Source: Candidatus Heimdallarchaeota archaeon B3_Heim (GTDB lineage Archaea; Asgardarchaeota; Heimdallarchaeia; Hodarchaeales; Hodarchaeaceae). Taken from it: a stretch of DNA of 32,000 nucleotides. The stretch is taken from the NCBI GenBank assembly GCA_003144275.1, contig NJBF01000025.1, positions 36,114 to 68,113 on the forward strand. The letters run 5' to 3'. The first letter of the stretch is position 1. Each line of letters begins with the position of its first letter. Below, one piece after another: positions 1-8,595 of this stretch. The translations under genes were made by a program, and so were the position numbers. A model generated the notes under the pieces. The model saw only the letters and a list, made by a program, of their open reading frames with translations, made no database searches and was not told the DNA's origin.

Positions 1-1893
1 CTCGCGTTACAAGGGGAAGATTTTGATATTCCATTAAGATATTTTCAGGTAACCGGTTTTATTGATAGAAAAGCGGAAATTAAACCAGATTTAGATGAAC
101 TGAGAAATCTTCTAAACGAAACAAAAGAGAGTAAGAGTAATAAGAAGGCTAAACCAAAAATAGCAATCAAAGGACTTGATATTAAACGAGACATATTAGG
201 AGAGCAAGCAAAGAAAGCGCTTACTGAAGCAGATGCTATTCTGATACTGGCTAGTGACCCGTGCTCTCTGGGAATCCTATTATTACATAAAGAATTTACT
301 CGTGTCGTTCGTGAATCTAAAGCTCCATCAACTCTTGTTTGTCCTATTAAGTTCTCATTTCGCGAACAATTTATTCTAGAATTACTTTCCATCAAACCTA
401 GCTTGATAGGTATAGCAGAGCTATGCTCAGGCATTATTGATCATTTAGTGGTGGGGCCTGATGATGCTAGTGAAGTTAAAACTTTGAGGACTCAAGGCTT
501 TAATGTATTAATGGAAGATTTAACAAAAATAAAAGATGCCCAAGGTTTATCCACCATTTTAAAAGGCTTAGGAATTTCACTTAATGATATTTCAGTTGAA
601 AGTGAAGACCAAGGTAAAAAACGTAGTTTAGAAGAATTGGTTACCAAATTAACCTATTCAACAACAGATAACTCAACTTCTGACATTGTAGACATCGTAG
701 AAGAAGCTGAAACTACTGTAGAACTAGCTGGCAATCAGGTCACACGACAAAAGAAACCAAAACCAGTTATTAAATTACAAGATACAGAGACACGTAATTA
801 TGATTTTGAAGATCCTGAGTTGGTCTTAACCCAAGAAATGATTGAAACATTGATGGAGGAATTGACTGAAGACTTTACTCCACCTGATGACAAATTATCT
901 ACAACACCAGCCGAAAAGACTGAAGAAAAAATAACAGAAGAAAGTCAAGAGGCATTTACTGAAACCATTGAGAATTTTCTTAGTTTTGAAGAGTCATCCA
1001 ATCGAACAGAGATGGTTCAAAAAATTGGCGAGAGAATTACTAAGAATGCAGATATGGCTGGATATGCAGCAAAGAAATTAACAAGTACCTTAATTTCATC
1101 AAAGACACCTCCCCAGTTTTTCGAAGAATATGTTTCACTGATTAAAACAAGACCTCTTTTATTCATCAAGGAATTAGTAGATTGGTTAGTAGCGGATATA
1201 GAAACACCTGATTATGTCACATTTTCCCAAAAATCGTTGATTATTGTTAAAATTGGTAGAATTGAAACCCCCTTTGTAGAGCAAATTCTCGAACATCTAG
1301 TTAAATTTCGTATGACCCAAAAGATTAGTCCAAAAAAGAAGGAACATCTTAGAACTATTATCGGGATGATTACTGCTCGTGATGTGACTTTACAGCGCAA
1401 AGCAATTCGTGAGTACCTAACTCATTATGAAATAGCAAAGAAACCTGATGATGTATGGCTTGGGCTACTAAAATACGATGCTGCATTAGTAGCATTAGAA
1501 ATAATTGAACACGAGTCGAAAAGGGGAGTAAAAATTGTTCAAGATGCCCTTACACGTGATTTAGGGAGTTTTGGACATATTGTATACGAAGTGTTCGCCG
1601 CCTACCAGAAAGGTGATATTGAAAGTGTTTTATCCGCCGCTGGTCCTTTATCAGATGGATTAGTTCGCAAGCAGAAACGAGTAGAACTCGCAGAAAAAAT
1701 TACAAAGTTTGGGAGTGTGCCAATCGAAATCCTGGCTAACAATGTCCAAATCGATCCTAAGGAGCTCGAGTCTCTTGTTTATGAGATGATTAATGAAAAT
1801 GAGATTAATGCGAAAATTGGAGTTGTGGAAGGGCGTCTGTGCATTATTCAATTAGGGGAGAAGGAGAATAATGATCAAACAAATAACGGTTAA
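1..1893 (+). CDS. 5'-partial multidomain protein: degenerate CofD/YvcK (UPF0052)-like N-terminal domain, acidic linker, helical region, C-terminal PCI/winged-helix domain
   Basis: Frame 1 has no stop from base 1 to TAA at 1891-1893, so the ORF-track start at 403 is internal. The segment EQAKKALTEADAILILASDPCSLGILL...KAPSTLVCPI...SIKPSLIGIAELCSGIIDHLVVGPDDA...GFNVLMEDL follows the C-terminal half of the CofD fold. The C-terminus EVFAAYQKGDI...KFGSVPIEILANNVQIDPKELESLVYEMINENEINAKIGVVEG follows the PCI consensus. Confidence 0.75.
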   Translation, partial: LALQGEDFDIPLRYFQVTGFIDRKAEIKPDLDELRNLLNETKESKSNKKAKPKIAIKGLDIKRDILGEQAKKALTEADAILILASDPCSLGILLLHKEFTRVVRESKAPSTLVCPIKFSFREQFILELLSIKPSLIGIAELCSGIIDHLVVGPDDASEVKTLRTQGFNVLMEDLTKIKDAQGLSTILKGLGISLNDISVESEDQGKKRSLEELVTKLTYSTTDNSTSDIVDIVEEAETTVELAGNQVTRQKKPKPVIKLQDTETRNYDFEDPELVLTQEMIETLMEELTEDFTPPDDKLSTTPAEKTEEKITEESQEAFTETIENFLSFEESSNRTEMVQKIGERITKNADMAGYAAKKLTSTLISSKTPPQFFEEYVSLIKTRPLLFIKELVDWLVADIETPDYVTFSQKSLIIVKIGRIETPFVEQILEHLVKFRMTQKISPKKKEHLRTIIGMITARDVTLQRKAIREYLTHYEIAKKPDDVWLGLLKYDAALVALEIIEHESKRGVKIVQDALTRDLGSFGHIVYEVFAAYQKGDIESVLSAAGPLSDGLVRKQKRVELAEKITKFGSVPIEILANNVQIDPKELESLVYEMINENEINAKIGVVEGRLCIIQLGEKENNDQTNNG

Positions 1894-1926
1894 ATCTTAA
1901 TCTCACTCAATAGTTCTATTTTTTGT

Positions 1927-2931
1927 TTAAAAGACCCCAGCACTAATTAATATTGCAATGAGTAATAGAGTTACTATTACAATCCAGAGGACGTTCAGAC
2001 GTCGCACTTTCGCAGATTGACGTTTAGATAAGCCCCGGCTCTTCACTCCAAAAATCCAAAAAACGCTTGTACACGAAAGAATAATGGCTAATATGTTTAA
2101 TAGAAGTAAATTTGCAGCTTTCAAGGCCAGATCGAATTGGCCAATAGCTCCAAGAATTCCAATGGTTGCAGCAGGTGGACACAAAGAAGCAGCAATAGCT
2201 ACACCGACAATAGATACATCTAATCCACGTGCAACAATTATCCCTGCAGCTAAACCTCCCAGTAATGCTAATGATATTGTCGGAATTGTGAGAGCTGTTC
2301 GGTTTAAAACTTCAGAATAAATCTGATTCCCTCCTAAATCGGTATCATGTATTTTTATAGCATCGACTTCATTGAAAACGTATCCTATCAATGCCCCTAA
2401 ACTAATTGTGGTAAAAATTCCAGTGAACTCGGAAAAAATTCCTTTTCTTACAAAAGACGTTGTTTCTAAACTTAATAATCCAAGTGACGTTAATACTATT
2501 GGTCCTAGAAGCGGTGCAACTATCATACTAGCAATTATAACTACTACATCATTATTTAATAATCCGAAAGTCGCTAAAGCTGCCGCTAGTCCATTCATTA
2601 AGAGATAAGTGTACGAAAGGCCAGAAATCTTCCCCACATTTGCCAAGATCTCTTCTCGGTTTACTCCCGCGCTCTCAGGGAGACTATTTTCACCTTTTTT
2701 ACTCGAAATTAACAAAGACAAAGGTCTGACTACAATGTCACCATATGCGACCCCGACTCCCCTGGCTTTCAATTCTTCGATTAATACATTTGTTTGGTAA
2801 TCTTCGATTCGAAGCTCATACCTAATTGTTTCACCAAAGTCGTAGGTCGTAGCCAAGATTGAGAATTCTTTTAAGAATTCGTCCATCAAGGTTTTTCGAT
2901 CAGTAGGTAAAGTAACCTGAATTTCCTTCAC
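1927..2931 (-). CDS. DUF389 / TIGR00341-family integral membrane protein
   Basis: 334 aa with a soluble N-domain, then ATFGLLNNDVVVIIASMIVAPLLGPI, LALLGGLAAG and IVGVAIAASLCPPAATIG motifs typical of DUF389. Multiple TM segments, GTG start. Confidence 0.85.
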   Translation of the reverse strand: MKEIQVTLPTDRKTLMDEFLKEFSILATTYDFGETIRYELRIEDYQTNVLIEELKARGVGVAYGDIVVRPLSLLISSKKGENSLPESAGVNREEILANVGKISGLSYTYLLMNGLAAALATFGLLNNDVVVIIASMIVAPLLGPIVLTSLGLLSLETTSFVRKGIFSEFTGIFTTISLGALIGYVFNEVDAIKIHDTDLGGNQIYSEVLNRTALTIPTISLALLGGLAAGIIVARGLDVSIVGVAIAASLCPPAATIGILGAIGQFDLALKAANLLLLNILAIILSCTSVFWIFGVKSRGLSKRQSAKVRRLNVLWIVIVTLLLIAILISAGVF

Positions 2932-3137
2932 TTTCGGGCCTCGAAGTTGATTATCTCATTGAGAATAAAAAAACTGAGTGAAGCGTAGAAATGAGCTTTA
3001 TTAAACCCCAGATCCTTTCCCATAAGTGTGAAAATAATCTTTTTAATCTTCTGAAATCTTTCTCGGATCTATGTCCAGAATTTATACTTGTGATTGTACA
3101 TAATTAAGATTGATAGTGACAGTTGGAACTTGGGACG

Positions 3138-4847
3138 ATGTTACAAAGAGACAGAAGTCAGCTAGAGCGATTGGTAATTCGAATAGCTAATTTTACCTCG
3201 AAACCACGAGTTAATACCGCTTGGTACTCTTTTGTTGTTTTTTTCTTCGTCCTTTTAGTTCTTTTACCCACTATATTTGTTCTTGGATATGTCATCCTTG
3301 AATTTACCGCTATTCAAAATTCAGTATTCTCTAATCAGGAAATTCAGTCCCAGATATTATCAGCATTATTTTATTCAATTTCCGTTTCAATAATTGTTTC
3401 TATATTTGATTTGATCTTTGGTCTTCCAATTGCTTGGACGCTGGTCCGTAAAGAATTTCGATTCAAATCGTTATTGAATAGTTTTATTGAGTTACCATTA
3501 GCAGTTCCTACTGCTGGTTTAGGATTTTCCGTTGCATTATTTTGGGGAGTTACACCAGGTGTGGAATCGCCAATATTCGCTGTTCAATTCATCAGAAATG
3601 CACTGCCCATGCTCATCTTATTTCACTTCACTACAACTTTCCCTTACGTTGTAAGATCATTAACTGCAATTTTGGAGGAAATTGACGTCACTCTAGAGGT
3701 AGCTGCACGTACCTGTGGAGCTAGTAAGTTTACAGCTGCACGTACTGTTACATTGCCTATGTTTCGGTCTGGTGTGGCTACTGCAATGGTTTTGAGCCTA
3801 GCTAAGAGCTTATCAGATACAGGAGGAGTGGTTGTTCTCTTATCTACAATCGGGAGTGCAGCCCGGACTGGAACAACTTTAATTAGTGATTGGAAACGTG
3901 CTCATCAGGATCCTGAGATGATTCCTTTCGAAGGAATTCCTTATGATTCGTTACTCCCGAGTATGGCATTCCTTGCAGCAATCATGATTGGAATAGCAAT
4001 TACTTTAGTGTTTGTGGCAAAAATTATAGCGAAAAAAGCACAACTACCGTTCCGAAAGGTGTACCCATCATTTGAATGGGCGGTTAGTGAAGGGAAAGCT
4101 CCACAGATGCGTCAAATTATCGCTTTTGGTTTTTTAATACTCTTTGTGATTATACCGTCCTTTTTCTTAGTAGCATATTTAATTCAAGGAGCCTCATTGG
4201 CAGCACTAGCTTCAGCTAATTGGGAATTATTCGGACAAAGCATTTTCATGACCGTTTTGGTTGCTAGTGTTGCTACAGTTGTTAACGTGGTTCTAGGAGT
4301 ACCAATGGCAATTTTAATTGCAAGAAAATCCCATACATTCTCCCGATTTCTTGATGCACTGGTTGATATTCCCTATGTTGTGCCTAGTTCTGCACTTGGG
4401 TTTTCAGTTGGTTTATTTTGGGCATTTCAACCTGTGATACCTGTTAATGAACTATTTTTTGTAATCATGGCACATATCAGTATGACGTTCCCTTTTATTG
4501 TTAGAAATACAGTTGGAGGGTTGGAGGAGTTGGATACTGCGTATGAAGATGTGGCACGAACATTAGGTGCGAAACCTATGCAGACATTTCGAGAAATTAC
4601 TTTTCCCGTCATTAAATTTTCAATAATCGCTGGTGCAATAATGTCGTTTACTCGAAGTGTAGGGGAAACTGGAGCTACTTTAGCTGTTTCTCCCACCTCA
4701 ACAACTGCTCCTGTATTTATTGTCAACTTAATTAAAATAGACCAAAATTACTTTCTTGCTGCCTTGACCACTATAATATTGATATTGATATCATCGATGC
4801 TAATCTTTACATTACGAGCCAGCATCTCCCGAGCAAAGCGTAAATAG
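3138..4847 (+). CDS. ABC importer permease with two fused ModB/CysT/FbpB-type transmembrane domains
   Basis: Two LP(L/Y)xxP...LGF motifs (LPLAVPTAGLGFS, IPYVVPSSALGFS) and two EAA loops (LEVAARTCGAS, YEDVARTLGAK). ATG at 3138 preferred; the ORF track starts at TTG 3123. Confidence 0.88.
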   Translation: MLQRDRSQLERLVIRIANFTSKPRVNTAWYSFVVFFFVLLVLLPTIFVLGYVILEFTAIQNSVFSNQEIQSQILSALFYSISVSIIVSIFDLIFGLPIAWTLVRKEFRFKSLLNSFIELPLAVPTAGLGFSVALFWGVTPGVESPIFAVQFIRNALPMLILFHFTTTFPYVVRSLTAILEEIDVTLEVAARTCGASKFTAARTVTLPMFRSGVATAMVLSLAKSLSDTGGVVVLLSTIGSAARTGTTLISDWKRAHQDPEMIPFEGIPYDSLLPSMAFLAAIMIGIAITLVFVAKIIAKKAQLPFRKVYPSFEWAVSEGKAPQMRQIIAFGFLILFVIIPSFFLVAYLIQGASLAALASANWELFGQSIFMTVLVASVATVVNVVLGVPMAILIARKSHTFSRFLDALVDIPYVVPSSALGFSVGLFWAFQPVIPVNELFFVIMAHISMTFPFIVRNTVGGLEELDTAYEDVARTLGAKPMQTFREITFPVIKFSIIAGAIMSFTRSVGETGATLAVSPTSTTAPVFIVNLIKIDQNYFLAALTTIILILISSMLIFTLRASISRAKRK

Positions 4848-4859
4848 GATGAATGAATA

Positions 4860-6017
4860 ATGGAAAAGTCACACATAACCATCTCCAATTTATCGAAACG
4901 CTTTGGTAAAAAAGAAGTACTCAAGGGAATTGATCTAACAATTGAGAAGGGAGAATATATCGTAATTTTGGGACCTACAGGAGCTGGAAAAACAACCCTT
5001 TTGAAAATCATTGCTGGACTTATACCACCTACGAAAGGACATATAATGGTTGATAATCAGGGTACTCGCCAAGATATTACTAGTTTACCTCCTGAATCCA
5101 GAAATTTAGCCTATCTACCCCAAACATCTGATTACTCTTTATTTGCGTATAAAAACGTCTGGTCTAATGCAATCTTTTCTCTGAAAATGAAAGGTGAAAA
5201 ATCACTTCCAGAAATAAATACAATTGGAAACGAGGTTTTAGATCTAGTTAACTTACGTCATAGATACAATGCGTTACCGCATGAACTAAGTGGTGGTATG
5301 AAGCAGAGAGTGGCACTCGCACGAGCAATTGCAACTGATGCAAGCATTTTTCTTCTGGATGAACCTCTTAGGGCATTAGATGCACGATTGAGGATAATTT
5401 TACGTACTGAAATTAAGAAATTAGTGACCGACTTGGATAAAACTACCTTTCATGTCACACATGATCAGGAGGAGGCGTTAGCGGTGGCTGATCGTATTTT
5501 AATTCTGAATGAAGGACGTATCATTCAATTTGGAACTCCTCAAGAAATATACCAGCGTCCTAATACTATATTTTCCGCATACTTCTTTGGAGTCACCAAT
5601 TTAATACCTGTGAGTTTGAAAGAAGTACAAGAAGAGAAGGTTTTATTTTCCATTGGAAAACACACTATTACAGGTTTAACGACATATCGTGGAACATCAG
5701 AAACACCTGATGTTTCAAAAGATGAGTACGTGCTGGCAATAAAAGCTGATGGTATTACTGTCGTACCTGTAACTGAAACAAGAGAAGATGGGCCTAATGA
5801 GTTCATAGGGACAATTAAGGACATGTACTTCTTGGGAAAGTGGAGTCATTTAATCATTAATATTGAAACGTTCCCCAAACAAATTGTAATTGCTATTCCC
5901 TCAACAGAAATGAAAGATTTTGAACTGGAATATGATGTAACAATAAAGATTGATCCAGAAGATATAATACATTATAATGAGCCTTGGGACAAAATTAAAA
6001 ACCTGGAGGATGCTTGA
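4860..6017 (+). CDS. ABC ATP-binding subunit (PotA/CysA/MalK-like) with C-terminal TOBE/OB region
   Basis: Walker A GPTGAGKT, signature LSGGMKQR, Walker B FLLDEP, H-loop HVTHDQEEA. Confidence 0.92.
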   Translation: MEKSHITISNLSKRFGKKEVLKGIDLTIEKGEYIVILGPTGAGKTTLLKIIAGLIPPTKGHIMVDNQGTRQDITSLPPESRNLAYLPQTSDYSLFAYKNVWSNAIFSLKMKGEKSLPEINTIGNEVLDLVNLRHRYNALPHELSGGMKQRVALARAIATDASIFLLDEPLRALDARLRIILRTEIKKLVTDLDKTTFHVTHDQEEALAVADRILILNEGRIIQFGTPQEIYQRPNTIFSAYFFGVTNLIPVSLKEVQEEKVLFSIGKHTITGLTTYRGTSETPDVSKDEYVLAIKADGITVVPVTETREDGPNEFIGTIKDMYFLGKWSHLIINIETFPKQIVIAIPSTEMKDFELEYDVTIKIDPEDIIHYNEPWDKIKNLEDA

Positions 6018-7111
6018 TGCCAAACGTAGATATTACAAAGCTTGGAAAGAAATTTGGCCGTGTAGTTGCTCTATCAGGCGTCGACCTAGAGATAAAAGAT
6101 GGAGAATACCTCGCAATTTTAGGTCCTTCAGGGTGTGGAAAAACGACCCTAGTTAATTGTCTTACGGGAATTGTGGATATCACTGAAGGGAAAATTAAGA
6201 TTGATGGGAAAAATGTAGAAGGAATACCAATAGAAAAACGAGATTTCGCCATGGTATTTCAAAATATTGCGCTATTCCCCCATATGACTGTGGCTGAAAA
6301 TATTACCTATGCACCATTTGTTAACGACATTTCCCCATCAGAACTCAAAAAAGTAGAATCAGAAATGCTGAAACTGGTGGATTTACTTGAACAAAAAGAT
6401 CTTTATCCACGTGCTCTGAGTGGGGGTGCTCAACAAAAGACAGCAGTGGCAAGAGCCCTTGCAACGCGTGAAAAACTCCTAATCCTTGATGAACCAATTA
6501 GTGCGTTGGATTATAAGGTTCGTGTAACATTAAGATATGCCATTCGTAAATTGGTTAAAGAATTAGGGTTAACAGCAATTCACATTACCCATGACCAGGA
6601 AGAAGCTTGCTCAGTGGCTGATAGAATAGTTATTCTTCGTGCTGGCGAAATTGTTGAGATAGGTACTCCTCAAGAGCTATATAGTTCTCCTCAAACGCTC
6701 TTCACGTTGAATTTCCTTGGAGAGAGCAATTTTTTGGAAGGAGTCATAACCGAGATAACCTCTGATGGCTGGATTCATATTAGCTTTCGAAATAATCAAT
6801 CCATTGGCTTACTGGACGATAATGTTGATTTTGAGGAAGGAGAAAGCGTAGTGGTTGCTTTTCGTCCCGAAAATGCTTTTATAAGTAAAAAATCCACAGA
6901 AAATTCTTTAATCGGAGATATCACGGGTAAACAATTTATCGGGGGTTATTTTAGATATACAATTATACTTCGAACTGATGATGAAATATTACTCGACTCT
7001 CAGCTCGATTTAGGATCACAAGGGAATGTTTTTATTCAGCTAAACCCTAAAGAGGCACGGATCTTTCGTGCACCTATTTATGGACTTAAGAAGGTGTTAA
7101 CTCTTGAATGA
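6017..7111 (+). CDS. Second ABC ATP-binding subunit (PotA/CysA/MalK-like) with C-terminal TOBE/OB region
   Basis: Walker A GPSGCGKT, Q-loop MVFQ, signature LSGGAQQK, Walker B ILDEP, HITHDQEEA. TGATG stop/start overlap with the previous gene and GGAGG upstream. Confidence 0.92.
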   Translation: MPNVDITKLGKKFGRVVALSGVDLEIKDGEYLAILGPSGCGKTTLVNCLTGIVDITEGKIKIDGKNVEGIPIEKRDFAMVFQNIALFPHMTVAENITYAPFVNDISPSELKKVESEMLKLVDLLEQKDLYPRALSGGAQQKTAVARALATREKLLILDEPISALDYKVRVTLRYAIRKLVKELGLTAIHITHDQEEACSVADRIVILRAGEIVEIGTPQELYSSPQTLFTLNFLGESNFLEGVITEITSDGWIHISFRNNQSIGLLDDNVDFEEGESVVVAFRPENAFISKKSTENSLIGDITGKQFIGGYFRYTIILRTDDEILLDSQLDLGSQGNVFIQLNPKEARIFRAPIYGLKKVLTLE

Positions 7112-7799
7112 AGGTAAAACTAGTTTACTACATTGGTTTAAAGAACGAAGAAATCAGATAATATTAAAAAGTCTAGATCAACATGCTGGAAAATTGGCTG
7201 ATACTTGCACCGCAAGTTTGGACTTGCTTGATCTTTTAAGAACTCCCGATCAATCTAAAGCAGAAAATTTATATAATCGCGTAAGTATACAGGAAAGGTC
7301 GGCAGATCATTTTCAAGATGATCTAGCAACGGAAATTGCACGAGGATTGTTTCCACCTGAAATACGTGAAAAATTGTTTCGTTTAACTAGAGTAGCAGAT
7401 TCTGTAGCTAATTGGATAAAAAGTGGAAGTAAGAATTTAGTTCTCCTTGTAAAATTAGATGTAGATACGTCAGAATTTGATCTGATACTTGATTACATGA
7501 CTGAACTAGTTAAGCTCACTCATGAAAGTGTCATTATATTTAGAAAAATGGTGAATGCGTTAGGAACCGACGATCAGCAAATTTTAGATAACCGCCAAAT
7601 AATTGAGGATAGGGAAAGGGAAGCGGATAATGTTCACTTTGCGGTAAGGGAAGAAATTCTAGCTATAAATGACAAGCAGGGATTCTCAGTACACTTCTTA
7701 CTGATAGAATCAGCACGATGTCTTGAAAATGCCTCGGATTCAGTAACGAATGCTGCAGACATCCTGTATACAATTGTGATGTCAGGCATTCCAACATAA
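7104..7799 (+). CDS. DUF47 / TIGR00153 PhoU-like phosphate-transport regulator family protein
   Basis: Helical 231 aa protein with two repeats of the ExxAD motif (QERSADHFQDDL...GLFPPEIREKLFRL...D; EREADNV...LENASDSVTNAAD). TTG start overlaps the previous stop, with AAGGTG upstream. Confidence 0.85.
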   Translation: MNEGKTSLLHWFKERRNQIILKSLDQHAGKLADTCTASLDLLDLLRTPDQSKAENLYNRVSIQERSADHFQDDLATEIARGLFPPEIREKLFRLTRVADSVANWIKSGSKNLVLLVKLDVDTSEFDLILDYMTELVKLTHESVIIFRKMVNALGTDDQQILDNRQIIEDREREADNVHFAVREEILAINDKQGFSVHFLLIESARCLENASDSVTNAADILYTIVMSGIPT

Positions 7800-7834
7800 G
7801 AAAAAATTAAAGAAATAAAGAAAAGAAGAAGTAT

Positions 7835-8299
7835 CTATGGGAGTTTATCATAGATCTTTTCTTCTTTGATAAGCACTTCAATATCTTCAATACCATCGAA
7901 TTTACCTAATTCTGATACGAAATAATCTAGATCGTGCTTTGATTTGCTTAGGACTTCAAGGATAAAATTACTTTCTCCATTTGCACGGTAGAGGGCAAGT
8001 AGATCACAATTTACTCCTTGACAAATAAAGGGGAGATTATCCATTTGAGCGTAGGTTTCATAACTAGGTTCCATTTGAAATCGAATTATTGCTTGTTTCT
8101 CGTAACCAAGGTTCACTGGATCGGTCACAACCCGAAAGCCTTGAATAACCCCTTTTTCTCGTAGTCGTCGAACTCGATTTCTAACTGTACCCTCTGTACG
8201 CCTAATCGATTTTGCAATTGTAGTAAATTTAGTTCTCCCATCTCGGTTTAATATTTCTAAGATTTCTCTGTCTATTTCATCATAAATCATGTGTTTCAT
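7835..8299 (-). CDS. Lrp/AsnC family transcriptional regulator
   Basis: N-terminal HTH DEIDREILEILNRDGRTKFTTIAKSIRRTEGTVRNRVRRLREKGVIQGF followed by a RAM-like domain. Confidence 0.92.
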   Translation of the reverse strand: MKHMIYDEIDREILEILNRDGRTKFTTIAKSIRRTEGTVRNRVRRLREKGVIQGFRVVTDPVNLGYEKQAIIRFQMEPSYETYAQMDNLPFICQGVNCDLLALYRANGESNFILEVLSKSKHDLDYFVSELGKFDGIEDIEVLIKEEKIYDKLP

Positions 8300-8305
8300 C
8301 TCATT

Positions 8306-8338
8306 TCACAATTGTTAATACTTATGTAACTATTGTGA
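8306..8338. promoter_or_regulatory. Candidate autoregulatory operator: inverted pair of 12-bp boxes
   Basis: TCACAATTGTTA (8306-8317) and TAACTATTGTGA (8327-8338) are reverse complements with 1 mismatch and a 9-bp spacer. They lie between an AT-rich TATA-like tract (about 8341-8352) and the Lrp start codon. Confidence 0.5.
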
Positions 8339-8595
8339 TTTTTTAATTTAAAAAGGTTTAGGAAAAACGTAGAGATTCGAGAATAGCAATCTTACGAATA
8401 TCGAAAGACCAACGAATATCGAAATGAAGAAGAGAAAGAATAATACAATCATGAGATATTTTTGTCAAAAATCGATTCTACAAGCCTAGAAGGAGATAAA
8501 AATAAATTTAGTTATATACTGAAACTATTGAAGGGTTTATTTGAGTTTTTCACTTGAATAGGAAATTTTTCATTTTTTTTAACTGATGAAAATTT

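Noticed and set aside
403-405. ORF-track start (TTG 403) for the first gene
   Set aside because: The frame is open to base 1 and the upstream translation continues the same CofD-like fold, so the true start is outside the window.
45-434. 129 aa minus-strand ORF, and the many other short antisense or alternate-frame ORFs in the track (e.g. 2084-2320, 4427-4726, 10100-10357, 23251-23586, 24086-24445)
   Set aside because: They lie inside well-supported genes, have no motifs or RBS, and are shadows of the coding frame.
8424-8489. 21-codon ORF MKKRKNNTIMRYFCQKSILQA in the lrp upstream region
   Set aside because: No RBS and no recognisable motif, and the length is expected by chance.
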